From contig CBDANQ010000052.1 in NCBI GenBank assembly GCA_965197725.1, forward strand, positions 1 to 64,000: a stretch of 64,000 bases of DNA, given 5' to 3'. The notes beneath the pieces were generated by a model, which had not been told where the DNA came from, made no database searches, and saw only the letters and a list, made by a program, of their open reading frames with translations. The stretch comes from Longimicrobiales bacterium. GTDB lineage: Bacteria > Gemmatimonadota > Gemmatimonadetes > Longimicrobiales > Gaopeijiaceae. Positions 23,182 to 34,294 of the stretch are shown one piece after another. Positions within the stretch are counted from its first letter, which is position 1. The number at the start of each line of letters is the position of its first letter. Both the position numbers and the translations under genes were made by a program.

Positions 23182-23535
23182 GGGATCACGTCTCCGAAAC
23201 CGCGGATGTGGGGTCGGGCAGGCACGCGGCGGGGCTAAGTATATCGGGTGCCGCGGCTGTGGTCTATGAATGCAAGCGGCGTGGGTGCATGGCTCCAAGT
23301 TGAAGACAGATTCTCGATCCCCCGGGTCGGGATCACGCCACTCGGTAGCTGTCCGGCATCCCAAGCAGAGCCATCGTTTTGAGGATCTTGCTGGCCAGCT
23401 GTTCCTTTGCTTCTCGGTTCCTTTGCTTCTCGGCCTGCTTCCGCGCATTCTTCTCCGCGGCGGCAGGCCCCGGATTCGATCCATAGCGAGGCCGAAGCCT
23501 ACGCCCAACGACGTCACAATATCGGAGGAGCTGTC

Positions 23536-24534
23536 ATGGTCCAGAGCCGCAGAGAATTCGTCAAGAGTACGGGCTTGGTCGGTATTGGAGCGCTGGCCGG
23601 CGTCCCCTCAGGTGTCCGCTCACGCGCCCCGACCCGTGACCGTCAGGAGGTACAGATGGTCCAAACCCCTGTGCTCAACATCGCATACGAAGACAGCGGC
23701 GACAGCGAGGGCTTCCCGATCATCCTCCTTCACGGCTTCCCTTACGATGTTCGAGCTTGGGATGAAGTGGTGCCGCCCCTGGTCGACGCCGGATACCGTG
23801 TGCTGGTTCCGTACCTGCGGGGCTACGGGCCCACGCGGTTCCGCGATCCCTCGGCGCCGCGTGTAGCACAGCAAGCCGCTATCGGCCAGGATGTGATCGA
23901 CCTTGCCGACGCGCTGGGATTGGACCAGTTCGCAACCGCCGGCTTCGACTGGGGGAACCGTGCCGCGTGCATCACATCAATCCTTCACCCAGAACGGGTG
24001 CGCGCCCAGGTCGCCGTCGGCGGGTATTCAGTGCAGAACACCGTGACTGCGTCGCGCCCTGCCTCGGCCGAAAACGAGGCACGGCTCTGGTATCAGTGGT
24101 ACTTCAACACCGAGCGTGGGCGGGCGGGGCTCGAGGCGAATCGACGCGGGATCTGCAGGTACTTGTGGGAAACGTGGTCGCCCGGTTGGCGGTTCAGCGA
24201 CGAGACGTTCGAGCGCACGGCAGTGTCGTTCGACAGCCCAGAGTTCGTCGACGTGGTGATCCACTCCTACCGACACCGTCACCGGAACGCTCCGGGTGAG
24301 GAGCGCTTCATGGGGGTGGAGCGACTGCTGGCAGAGCAGCGACCCATTCAAGTCCCTGCAATTGTACTGCGTGGGGCAGCCAGAGGGATCGGCCGAACAG
24401 TGCCGGACCCCTCGGCGGATCGCGCGCGGTTCACCTCTCTGGTAGCGCGCCGCATCATCGACGGTGCGGGACACGATCTGCCGGCGCAAACGCCGGACGC
24501 GGTGTCGTCCGCACTGCTAGAGCTCTTGGCGTAG
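23536..24534 (+). CDS. Tat-exported alpha/beta hydrolase (epoxide-hydrolase-like)
   Basis: SRREFVK Tat motif, HGFP, GFDWG nucleophile motif, GAGH. RBS GGAGG. Confidence 0.9.
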   Translation: MVQSRREFVKSTGLVGIGALAGVPSGVRSRAPTRDRQEVQMVQTPVLNIAYEDSGDSEGFPIILLHGFPYDVRAWDEVVPPLVDAGYRVLVPYLRGYGPTRFRDPSAPRVAQQAAIGQDVIDLADALGLDQFATAGFDWGNRAACITSILHPERVRAQVAVGGYSVQNTVTASRPASAENEARLWYQWYFNTERGRAGLEANRRGICRYLWETWSPGWRFSDETFERTAVSFDSPEFVDVVIHSYRHRHRNAPGEERFMGVERLLAEQRPIQVPAIVLRGAARGIGRTVPDPSADRARFTSLVARRIIDGAGHDLPAQTPDAVSSALLELLA

Positions 24535-24621
24535 GTCCCGAACGGACCCGTGGCGACTCGACGCGACTTCCTGTCCGGCTCTCTGGGCGCATACCCGTCG
24601 CCCCCCCAAGGGGGGCTTGCG

Positions 24622-26262
24622 TCAGAACCAGCGTCGGAGCCACCATTTTTCGAACGCGACCTTGCCCCAATGCCACAGGCGGCTGGGTCGGACGATCCTG
24701 ACACGGGGTTCGGGGTCGCTATAGAACCTTCCGGCGGCGAAGCCCGCCCGGCCGTCCCCGGTCTCGATCCAGCAGTAGCCTTTGCCGTCGAACCTGGCTT
24801 GGCGCCCCCGGCCCCTGATTTCGTACGCGATCTGACGTGCGACCACCTCGGCCTCGTTGTGGGCAAACACGCCCGCCTTCGGCAGTGACTTGCCGCTGGG
24901 TAGCCTGATCGCCGTGACGTCACCGATGGCGAACACCGCTCCGTGCTCCGTGCGGAGCGTCTCCGGGTCGACGTGGATCCAGCCCGACACGCCCAAGAGG
25001 CCAGACGATCGCACGACCTCAGGCGCCTGGTGGGGCGGAACCGCGATCAGGAGATCGACCCGTTCGGCGTGCCCGTCGGCCGTGACGATCTCCCGCGTCT
25101 CTGGACGCATCTTCTCGAACGTGAAGAGGCGGTGAAAGTGAATGCCGCGGTCACGGAGCATCTCCGCGATGGCCTCGCCCAGCGCCGCCTCGGCGACCGG
25201 CATGGGCTGATGCTCAGGCGTGTACAGGTGGATCTCCGAGCGGTCCCGTACGCCTCTGTCTCGGAGAAACGACTCCACAAGGAGCGCGGCTTCGTATGGA
25301 GCCGCTGGGCACTTGAACGGCATCGACGTAACCAGGACGCCCACTTTCCCGCCCGTGAAGGTGTCAAGCGCTTTCTGGATGTCTAGGCAACCCTCGACAC
25401 TGTAGAGATCGTGGGCCATCTCGGAGAAGCCCTCGATCGACTCCGGGATGGTCTGGGCGCCGAGCGCGACGATCAGATAATCGAAGTCGAGCCCGCTTTC
25501 GCGCGTCCGCACGCGTCTGCGCTCGAGGTCGATTTCCAACACCTCGTCGCGCAGGAACTCGATTCCTTTTCGGGTCAGTCGCTCCAGCGGCCGCCGGATC
25601 TGATCCTCTCGACGGTCTCCGACCATGAGCCAGAGCAGGGAAGACTGGAACAGGTGGTCCGGAGAACGGTCTAGGACGACGATGCGGTGATCCGCTCCCA
25701 GTCGCTTTCGCAGTTTGTGTGCGGCAACGACGCCACCGGCGCCGCCCCCCAGGACGACGATGCTCGCGGTGTCGGGTGTTATCCCGGCCCTGGGTGTCGG
25801 CTGCGTGGATTCGGGGGCTGCCGGCGCAGCCTCGGTTTCCGCGTCGAAAAGTTGGGCGATCGCGACCGAAAAACCGGTCTCGTCGAACTCGTTCTCGGAA
25901 AAGAGCACGTCGCCATCCGACCCTACGAGAATGCTCCACGGCACCCAGCCGCTCGTGAGCCGCTGGAAGAGTACACCATCCTCGTCGGGAACGACCGGGA
26001 AGGTCAGGTCATACTCCTCCTTCCACTTCTTGCACGAGTCTGCGGTCTCGAAGGCGCCCACGTAGACGACCTCGAGGCCCTTTGGCCCGAACCGCTCGAA
26101 GACGCGGCGCACGACAGGAGCCTCCTGCCGGCATCCCTGTCATTGACGCTTCCAGAAGACGATGAGCGCGCCGTGACCTCCGGCGACGGGCAGGCCCAGA
26201 TCCTCCAGCATTAGCGTGGAGCCGGCCGGGACACTCTTCCCGGACTCGTCGAGAACCTTCAT
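24622..26262 (-). CDS. Probable selenoprotein: UxxC thioredoxin-fold (TlpA/AhpC-TSA-like) domain fused to a sulfide:quinone oxidoreductase-like flavoprotein
   Basis: ORFs 26140-26421 and 24622-26112 are in the same frame, joined by one TGA in LIVFWKRQ-U-QGCRQEAP. SQR features: VVLGGGAGG, FKCPAAPYE, PKAGVFA, GYCWIETG. Confidence 0.82.
26113..26141 (-). promoter_or_regulatory. Candidate bacterial SECIS hairpin
   Basis: mRNA GACAGGGAUGCC-GGCAGGA-GGCUCCUGUC can fold directly 3' of the UGA with G's at the start of the apical loop (folded by eye). Confidence 0.55.
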
Positions 26263-26508
26263 CGGTTGCCTCATTCCGTCGGGTGATTCCGCGGACGATA
26301 AACCTACCGAAACATGCTCGAGAGCCCACGTTCCGACCGTCGGGAGATTTCCGACACCAGGGAAGGGAGAATCCCGCCTTCCTCTGTTCTCACGGCGGTG
26401 ATCGTGACTTACGGAGGCCATCCAATCAGCGGTGGTCAGGCACTAGGTGGTCAGACACTAGGTTAGGTATAGGGTAGGTAGCTGTAGGGATTCCTCAGGT
26501 CACGACTT

Positions 26509-28095
26509 ATGAGACTCGGGCGCAGAACACTCTCTTCCCTTGAGATGGGGCCAGTGAGACCTGCGAGAGTCGGCTCATTCCTATTGTCCCTGCTGCTCTT
26601 GGGGCTTACGAGCTGCGGCGGTTCGGACGGTCCGGGAGGGACAGCGCCGGACACCCCGCGAGCCACGACCCTCAGCATCTCGCAGACTTCCGTCACACTG
26701 TCTTTTCTGGGCGCCACCGTCACGCTCAACGCGGCGATCCACGACCAGAACAGTCAGCCTTTCAGCGGCACCATCAGCTGGTCGACTGACAACCCCGCGG
26801 TCGTCACGGTCGACGCCGCGGGGTTGCTGACCGCGGTCAAAAACGGAACCGCGACCGTGAGCGCCACCTCGGGTAGCCTGTCCGGCACGGTGGCCGTCAC
26901 TGTGCAGGCCCAAAGCACGCTCGAGCTCGGAATGCCCATCAGTGGCATCGGGGCCGCCAAGGACGCCGAGCTGTTGTTCGCCTTCGAGCTCACCGAGGAA
27001 GACGGCTCGATCGAGTTCGCGCTCGACGGGGATCCTATTCAGAACGCGGACATCTATGTGCAGCACGGTTTCCCACCCCAACCGCCGCTAGGGTTGGACT
27101 ACGTGGATGAACCTTCCCTCGGGACGTGTAAGGGGATTACGCCGGACAGCAGCGAGTCGTGTCTCATCAACGCCGCTTTGCCCGGTACCTACCACATTCT
27201 GATCCACGCCTTCACGGCATTCTCGGGCGCCACGCTGAGCGTGACTACGGGTCTCGAGGTGCTTGCGTACAGCATCGAGCTCGAGTTCCTAACCACCCCG
27301 ACGAACGCGCAGAACGAGGCCTTCCAAGCCGCGGCCACGCACTGGGAGAGCATTATCCCCTTCGACATTACCGACATCCCGTTCGAGAACGAGCCCATCG
27401 ACGCCGACGCTTGTGTTCCAGGGCAACCCGCGATCAGTGACGTCGTAGACGACATCAGGATCTACGTCGACCTCGACTCGATCGACGGACCAGGGGAGGT
27501 TTTTGGGAGGGCATCCTTCTGTGTCTTCCGCGTCGGGACGGGGCTACCTGTGGTCGGCTTCATGCTGTTCGACACCGCCGACCTGAGCCAACTCGAACCG
27601 ACTAGTCAGCTCACGCGCGTGATCCTTCACGAGATGGGTCATGTGTTGGGCATCGGAACGTCTTGGCTGCTCGCCGAGCTGCTGCGTGACCCGTCCACCG
27701 AGAATCCCGGTGCGGACACACACTTTGCGGGCCCCCTCGCGATTGCCGCGTTCGACGCCGCCGGAGGCACTGGCTACACCGGAGGCGAAAAGGTCCCGGT
27801 CGAGAACGACGGCGTCGAGGGAAGAGCGGACGGCCATTGGAGGGAATCCGTGTTCCGTAACGAGCTCATGACGCCCACCCTGAGCTCCGGCCTTGAAAAA
27901 CTGAGCGCGATCTCGATCCAATCGCTCGCCGACGTGGGCTACCGCGTCGACGTATCTCAGGCCGATCCGTACGAAATTCCCGGCATCAGTGCGGCGTACG
28001 CGCGACGGCAGGGGCCGGTGATCGATCTGGGCAACGACATCTGGATTGGTCCAATGATGGGGGTGGATGCGCAGGGACGCGTCATTCGTCGCTGA
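26509..28095 (+). CDS. Lipoprotein with Ig-like (Big_2), pre-peptidase C-terminal-like and leishmanolysin-like zinc metalloprotease domains
   Basis: Lipobox LTSC, Ig repeat WSTDNPAVVTVDAAG, HEMGHVLGIG, HWRE, ELMT. Start codon uncertain. Confidence 0.85.
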   Translation: MRLGRRTLSSLEMGPVRPARVGSFLLSLLLLGLTSCGGSDGPGGTAPDTPRATTLSISQTSVTLSFLGATVTLNAAIHDQNSQPFSGTISWSTDNPAVVTVDAAGLLTAVKNGTATVSATSGSLSGTVAVTVQAQSTLELGMPISGIGAAKDAELLFAFELTEEDGSIEFALDGDPIQNADIYVQHGFPPQPPLGLDYVDEPSLGTCKGITPDSSESCLINAALPGTYHILIHAFTAFSGATLSVTTGLEVLAYSIELEFLTTPTNAQNEAFQAAATHWESIIPFDITDIPFENEPIDADACVPGQPAISDVVDDIRIYVDLDSIDGPGEVFGRASFCVFRVGTGLPVVGFMLFDTADLSQLEPTSQLTRVILHEMGHVLGIGTSWLLAELLRDPSTENPGADTHFAGPLAIAAFDAAGGTGYTGGEKVPVENDGVEGRADGHWRESVFRNELMTPTLSSGLEKLSAISIQSLADVGYRVDVSQADPYEIPGISAAYARRQGPVIDLGNDIWIGPMMGVDAQGRVIRR

Positions 28096-28137
28096 TCCTC
28101 GGAGGGAAGCAGCAGGCGACGCATCACTCGGGATTGC

Positions 28138-30221
28138 TCACCGTAGGACACCGATCAGGTTGCTGAAATCGTCCGTCCAAAGGACCGGGGTGGCGTGGGT
28201 AGGATCGGTCACGTTGGCGCCGTGCGGGGCCCGCGTCCCATATAGGCCGCCAGCCACATCCACGCGTTTGTGATGCCTCCGCTGTCCTCGGGCGGGGCCT
28301 GGTCCAAGCGCAGGGCCTGTAGGCCCGCGGCATCTGCTAGACCACGCACGACGCGCTCCAGGTCGACGTGGCGGTTGGTGATCTGGAATACGAGCACCCC
28401 GCCTGGGGCCAATGCACGCCGATACAGTTCGAGCGACTCGAGCGTGAGCAGGTGCACCGGAACGGCATCTCCGGAGAACGCGTCGATGACCAGGAGGTCG
28501 TACCGGGGCCCGCCGGTAGCTTCGGCCAGCTCTTGCTCGAGCATGATGCGGCCATCTCCGAGCACGATCTCGACATCTGCCTCCGCGTCGCGGAGGAACG
28601 TGAAGTGCTCGCGCGCGATACGCTCGGCGGCCGGGTTGATCTCGTAGAACCGGAAGGTGTCGTCTCGTCGGCTCCACGCTGCGAGCGTGCCCACCCCCAG
28701 ACCGATCACTCCAACGCTCAGCGCTCCCCCGGAGCGACGACGGGGATGGCTGCGAATGGCCTGTGCCGCGCCGCTTCCCGACGTGAAGTAGGCCGTCGGC
28801 CGCGCGGCGCGCTCGGCGTCCAGATATTGCGCGCCGTGGAAGATGCGGCCGTGTCGCAGAACCCGCATTTCCGATAGGATCCCGGCGGGCCGCTCCTGCA
28901 CGCGGAGCACGCCGTAGAAGTTGCGCTCGGTCGCGATCGTCCCCTCCATCGTGCGCAGTGTAGGGAGCACGAAGCCGGCGGCAGCCACGCCCCCCACCAC
29001 CAACAACGAGCCCCCGGCCACAGAGGCCGCGCGCCCGCGCAACACCGAGTCCGGATCTCTCCGCATCGCGACGAGCAGCAGCGCGTAGGCGAGCAGCACG
29101 AAGCCGGGGAACTCGTAGAAGTCCGTGAGCAGGGTGGGCGCCACGATCGCGACTGCCAGGCCACCGAGTGCCCCACCGGCTGCCATGGTGAGGTAGAACA
29201 CAGTGAGGTGTCGGGCGTGGGGGGCGGTGCGGGCCAATTCCCCGTGGCAGACCATGCACCCAGCGACCAGAACTCCGCATCCAAGCGGGATCTGAATGAG
29301 GACCGGGAGCGCGAAGCCGCCCGCCCAGAGCAAGGCGGTCGCCCCCAAGCCCAGCACCAGGAACGCGCCCCAGGTGCTCTGCCGGTACGCCCCCCGGAAC
29401 GCCAGGATGAACGTTGTCAGGTAGAGAGCGAGAGGGACCACCCAAAGCAACGGGACCGATGCGACGTCCATGGTGATCATGTTCGTGATCGCCATGAGCA
29501 GTCCGGTCCCGCAAGCGGCGAGGGCAGTCCAGAAGACTAGCTCGCTCCGGGAGGGAGCTGACGTCGATTGCCCAGACGCGGCGCGCGTCGTTGAGCTCTC
29601 GCTTGCGGTGAGCTCGGCGTCCACTGACACGTCCCCCGGTGCCCAGGCGATGCGCCAAACCAGTCCTGCGAGCCCTAGCGCGAAGCCTCCGTAGGCCCAC
29701 GACCAGCCGACCCCCTGGAATCGCACAGCCATCAGCGGCTCGACCACCGTCGGGTACGCCAGGAGCGCGAGTAGCGAGCCAGCGTTGGACACTGCGTAGA
29801 GGCGGTAGGGGGAACGGTGCGCCGCCGCTCGACCGAACCAGTCGTGCAGCAAGGGGGTGGTCCCGGCGAGCAAAAGATACGGCGCTCCGACCGAGGAGGT
29901 GAGCAGGCCGAGCAGCCGCCACGTCGGTGCTTGGGGGCCACTGGGCTTCCAGGCTTCGGCTGGCGTGACCGGAAGCATCAGGAGCGAGAGTCCCACGAGC
30001 AACATGTGTAGCGCCGCTTGCCGCCGCACTCCGAGACGTCGTCCGACGTGTGCGTACGCGTATCCACAGAAGAGCAGCGTCTGGTAGAAGAGCAGGCTCG
30101 TGGTCCACACCGACGCCGCCCCCCCGAACCACGGGAGGACGGCACGGGCCATGAGCGGCTGCACCATGAACAGCAGGAGCGCGCTCAGGAATGTGAGGAC
30201 TACGTAACTCCGCATGGGCAC
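28138..30221 (-). CDS. Fused membrane domain/spermidine-synthase-like SAM-binding protein; frameshift near 28240
   Basis: LPWFGG, YRLYAVSNAGSL, VIGLGVGTL, YEINP, DAFSGD. The family C-terminus WTDDFSNL lies in the adjacent frame ending at 28138. Confidence 0.88.
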
Positions 30222-30507
30222 GCAGAATAGGAGTGCGAGCGGTCAGTCGCTACGTAACGCCTAAACGGAGTCCACCGGCGCCGAGGATCAACGCGGCCTA
30301 CTCGGCGCAGCCGGCAGTAATAGAAAATGGCAAAAAATAAGGGAAAGCTTGCGTCGTGATTGGTCAACATTTCTAGTACTGGTCAGGGCTACGACTTCCG
30401 GTCTTTTATGGTCCATGGCTCTTAACTTGCTGAGACATGACAAGCATGCAGAGGTACCCAACAACACGATCACACGACAGCCGCCACATCCGTACGTTGA
30501 TTCTGTC

Positions 30508-31260
30508 ATGAGTGGCGCCCCTGGGGCCGCTGGGCGCTCTAGAACCGCTGAGGCCCCTGTGCCCCCCCTGCAGATCGCCATCCTCGGCAGTGGCCGTATG
30601 GGTCGGGAGGTCGAAGCAGCGGCCCGTGAGCGCTCGATCGAGGTCACGGCGTGCCTCGGGCGAAATGCGCTCGGAGACCGTGACCGAGTAGGGGCCGTGC
30701 TGCGGGACGCTGACGTCGCGATCGAATTCACGGTGCCGGACGGTGCGGTCTCCAACATCGATCTCTGTCTCGAGGCGGAATGTCCGGCGGTCGTGGGCAC
30801 AACCGGATGGTACGAGCACTTGGAGGACGTGAGCGCGCGGGTGATGCGCCGGGGCGGAGCTTTGCTCTGGGCGCCGAACTTCTCCTTGGGAGTGGCCCTC
30901 ATGAAGGCACTCTGCGCGCGAGCGGGGGAGTTCCTGGGCGGTATGGACGGCTTCGACGTCCATCTCACGGAGACGCACCATGTCGCGAAGAAGGACGCGC
31001 CCTCGGGGACGGCCCTCGTCTTGCACGACATACTCGGTGGCGCGGTGGGGCGGGAGGTCGAAGTCACGTCGATCCGGACCGGTCACGTGCCGGGGCGACA
31101 CGAGGTGTGGATCGATGGGCCGCACGAGCAAGTCATCCTGACCCACGAGGCTCGAAGCCGGCGCGTCTTCGCCGACGGGGCCTTGAGCGCTGCCGCGTGG
31201 CTGCGAGGACGCGAGGGAGTGTTTACGATGGATGATGTCATCAGTCTGGAGGAGCCATGA
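30508..31260 (+). CDS. dapB: 4-hydroxy-tetrahydrodipicolinate reductase
   Basis: GSGRMG, VVGTTGW, APNFSLG, ETHH..KKDAPSGTA. Confidence 0.95.
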   Translation: MSGAPGAAGRSRTAEAPVPPLQIAILGSGRMGREVEAAARERSIEVTACLGRNALGDRDRVGAVLRDADVAIEFTVPDGAVSNIDLCLEAECPAVVGTTGWYEHLEDVSARVMRRGGALLWAPNFSLGVALMKALCARAGEFLGGMDGFDVHLTETHHVAKKDAPSGTALVLHDILGGAVGREVEVTSIRTGHVPGRHEVWIDGPHEQVILTHEARSRRVFADGALSAAAWLRGREGVFTMDDVISLEEP

Positions 31261-32165
31261 GTGAGAAGTCGCTTTGCGGATGTGGAACCGCCCTGGTGAC
31301 GCCATTCGAGGCGGATGGGAGCCTCGATGAGGCGGCCTTGCGGGCGCTGGTTGAGTGGCAGATCGAGGAAGGGATCCACTTTCTCGTGCCCTGCGGGTCC
31401 ACGGGCGAAGCCGCGACCCTGTCTCTCGACGAGCACCTCCGCGTTGTCGAGATCACAGCTGAGCAGGTGGACGGGCGTGTCCCGGTTGTTGGCGGTGCGG
31501 GAAGCAACGACACGGCGGAGTGCATCCAGCTGTGTCGAGCGGTCGCGGCGCGCGGCGCTACTCATCTTCTCGTGGTCTCGCCTATGTACAACCGGCCTCC
31601 GCAGCGAGGGCTCATCGGTCACTTCGAGGCCGTTGCCGACGCGGTGGACGTGCCGGTCATCCTCTACAACGTGCCCGCCCGGACGGCGTGCAACATGGAA
31701 GCGGCAACTACTCTTGCGTTGGCTGAGCACCCGAGGGTGATAGGTATCAAGGAGGCTTCCGGAAATCTGGCTCAGATCACCGAAGTGCTATTGAAGCGCC
31801 CCGACGGCTTCTCGGTGCTGTCCGGTGACGACGCAATGACGTTCTCCGTCATGGCGCTTGGAGGAGAGGGCGTGGTGTCCGTCGTGAGCAACGCCGTTCC
31901 TCGGGCGATGTCGGACCTGGTGACCGCGATGGGGCAGGGTGATCTAGGACGTGCCCGGCGCCTCCAGGCGGCGCTTCACCAGCTGATGCTGGCCATCTTC
32001 GTCGAGACCAATCCGATCCCCATCAAAGCGGTGCTTGCCGAGCTCGGCCGCATCGGTGAGACGGTTCGCTTACCGCTGACGCCACTGGCGGACACCCATC
32101 GAGTTGCCCTAACAGCCGCCTTGAGAGCCGCCGTCGAGAGCGCGGAAGCGTCTGCCGCTCCGTGA
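31257..32165 (+). CDS. dapA: 4-hydroxy-tetrahydrodipicolinate synthase
   Basis: ALVTPF, GSTGE, LYNVP, GIKEASG, ETNPIPIK. Confidence 0.97.
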   Translation: MSEKSLCGCGTALVTPFEADGSLDEAALRALVEWQIEEGIHFLVPCGSTGEAATLSLDEHLRVVEITAEQVDGRVPVVGGAGSNDTAECIQLCRAVAARGATHLLVVSPMYNRPPQRGLIGHFEAVADAVDVPVILYNVPARTACNMEAATTLALAEHPRVIGIKEASGNLAQITEVLLKRPDGFSVLSGDDAMTFSVMALGGEGVVSVVSNAVPRAMSDLVTAMGQGDLGRARRLQAALHQLMLAIFVETNPIPIKAVLAELGRIGETVRLPLTPLADTHRVALTAALRAAVESAEASAAP

Positions 32166-33046
32166 CGACGGATCTTCAGGCACTCGAGGCGCAGGTGGAC
32201 GCCTTCTATGCGGCGAGTCCCGACGAAGCATCGTCCCATCGGCCCCGCGGCGCCGTGGACGCCATCGAGACGCTGATCCGCCTTCTGGAGGGCGGGCAGG
32301 TTCGAGCCGCGACACGAACTGACGACGGCACGTGGGTTGCCGTACCGTGGGTGAAGCGGGGGATTCTCCTCGCCTTCCGATTCGGAAGGGTGGTCGCCAC
32401 GACAGGCTCGGAGGGAGGGTGTGTACCGGATGGCATCGGTGCCGCGTTCTTCGACAAGGACACCCTGCCTCTGCGGCGGTTCATGGCCGAGGATCGTGTG
32501 CGCGTCGTCCCCGGCGGGTCCGCCGTGCGGAGGGGCGCGTACCTGGCACAAGGCGTTGTGTGCATGCCGCCCATGTACGTTAACGTTGGGGCCCACGTCG
32601 GCGCCGGAACGATGATCGACTCCCACGCGCTGGTCGGTTCGTGCGCTCAGGTCGGTGCGGGCGTGCACATCAGCGCTGCCGCACAGATCGGTGGCGTGCT
32701 CGAACCGGTCAATGCGGCCCCGGTCGTCGTGGAGGACGACGTCGTGGTCGGCGGAAATGCCGGCGTGTATGAGGGCACGATCGTGCGCCGACGGGCCGTG
32801 CTCGGCGCAGGTGTTGTGCTGACACGAGGCACACCGGTTTTCGACCTCGTCCGCGAAGAGGTGCATAGGGCCGACACGGACCGCCCGCTCGAGATTCCAG
32901 AGGGGGCGGTCGTGGTTGGCGGAGCACGCGCCGTTCGCTCGAGCTGGGCCGTGGAACAGGGCTTGTCGATCTATACGCCGGTGATCGTGAAGTACCGGGA
33001 CCAGAAGACGGATCTGGCGACGGCTCTCGAGGAGTTCCTCAGGTAG
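32162..33046 (+). CDS. dapD: Tetrahydrodipicolinate N-succinyltransferase
   Basis: WVKRGILL, RVVPGG, YVNVGA, VGSCAQVG, IGGVLEP. Confidence 0.95.
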   Translation: MTTDLQALEAQVDAFYAASPDEASSHRPRGAVDAIETLIRLLEGGQVRAATRTDDGTWVAVPWVKRGILLAFRFGRVVATTGSEGGCVPDGIGAAFFDKDTLPLRRFMAEDRVRVVPGGSAVRRGAYLAQGVVCMPPMYVNVGAHVGAGTMIDSHALVGSCAQVGAGVHISAAAQIGGVLEPVNAAPVVVEDDVVVGGNAGVYEGTIVRRRAVLGAGVVLTRGTPVFDLVREEVHRADTDRPLEIPEGAVVVGGARAVRSSWAVEQGLSIYTPVIVKYRDQKTDLATALEEFLR

Positions 33047-33148
33047 GGCGGTCCTCTCCTCATCGGCAGATGTCGGGACCGCTGAGTCGTGCTATCCTGG
33101 ATGGCGACTTGCGAGGCTAACACAGCGTACGGCCCAGACCCACATCAG

Positions 33149-34294
33149 ATGACCCCGCCCCAACAGCCCGGCCGACTGGTGGCCACCTACCGGCTTCGGT
33201 GTCCCACGTACGACGCTGCGACCCAGACGGCGCTGGCCATCGCGCGGGAGCAGACGCTCGAGGTGCCGCCCGGCGTGGTGGGCAGCGTGCTCGAAGAACG
33301 GCTGCTCGGCCAGGTGGACGACATCGTAGTGCTCCCTGTGGGCGGCTTCGACGCGACAATCTCCTACTCGCTCGAGGTCACGGGGACCGAGCTGTTGCAG
33401 GTCGTCAACGTAGCTTACGGCAACGTGTCGCTGATGAACGACGTGCGTCTCGTCGACTTGATCCTGCCGGCCGAAGTGCTGGAGGTGTTGCCCGGACCAC
33501 GCTACGGCATCGAGGGCCTGCGCGAGATGGTGGGGGCAGAGGGCGGCCGGCCTCTGGTCAGCGCCGCCATCAAGCCGATGGGGCGGACCTGTCAGGAGCT
33601 TGCGGACCTCGCCGCGACGTTCGCGCGCGCCGGGGTGGACGCCATCAAGGATGACCACGGACTGGTGGATCAGAGCTCGGCGCCGTTCCTCGACAGGGTG
33701 AGGGCAGTCGGCACCGCGGTGGCCGCGGCGAACGCCGACACGGGGGGACGCACCGCGTATTTTCCGAACGTCACCGGGCCCGTGGACGGACTCAAGGAGC
33801 GGCTCGACCACGCGCTTTCCGTGGGATGTTCGGGCGTCATGGTGTGCCCGAGCTTGATGGGTCTCGACGTCATGCGCACCATAGCCAGCGGCCCACGTCG
33901 GCTCGCCATCATGGCCCACCCGACGCATGGCCAGAGCGCTCCGGGCAGGGGCGAGGGAATCGCTCCCGACGTGCTCTATGGCACCGTGTATCGCGTGGCC
34001 GGCGCAGACATCGTCGTGTACGTGAACGCGGGCGGCCGCTTCGCATGGCCTGTCGAGGAGTGCGAGGCCATCAACGCGCGACTGCGTGCCCCGCTCGGTC
34101 GCCATCGCGCGGCGGCGCCAGCTCCCGCGGGCGGGGTCGACGACGCCGACGCCGGCTCGTGGTTCGAGCGGTACGGGCCGGATACCATGCTCCTCATCGG
34201 CGGAAGTCTGCTGGGCCAGGACGACCTCTTCGGAGCCACGCGCCGCCTGGTGGAAGCTGCGCTCGCCGCGACGCCGTCCGGTGCGCAATCATGA
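33149..34294 (+). CDS. RuBisCO-like protein (form IV)
   Basis: EQTLE, GNVSL, GPRYGIEGLR, IKPMG, IKDDH active-site motif, PAPAGG, LLIGG. Confidence 0.92.
   Translation: MTPPQQPGRLVATYRLRCPTYDAATQTALAIAREQTLEVPPGVVGSVLEERLLGQVDDIVVLPVGGFDATISYSLEVTGTELLQVVNVAYGNVSLMNDVRLVDLILPAEVLEVLPGPRYGIEGLREMVGAEGGRPLVSAAIKPMGRTCQELADLAATFARAGVDAIKDDHGLVDQSSAPFLDRVRAVGTAVAAANADTGGRTAYFPNVTGPVDGLKERLDHALSVGCSGVMVCPSLMGLDVMRTIASGPRRLAIMAHPTHGQSAPGRGEGIAPDVLYGTVYRVAGADIVVYVNAGGRFAWPVEECEAINARLRAPLGRHRAAAPAPAGGVDDADAGSWFERYGPDTMLLIGGSLLGQDDLFGATRRLVEAALAATPSGAQS

Noticed and set aside
33149..34294. CO2-fixing RuBisCO
   Set aside because: It has KDDH rather than KDDE, is short, has no small subunit or PRK nearby, and its context is mtnA and a cupin.
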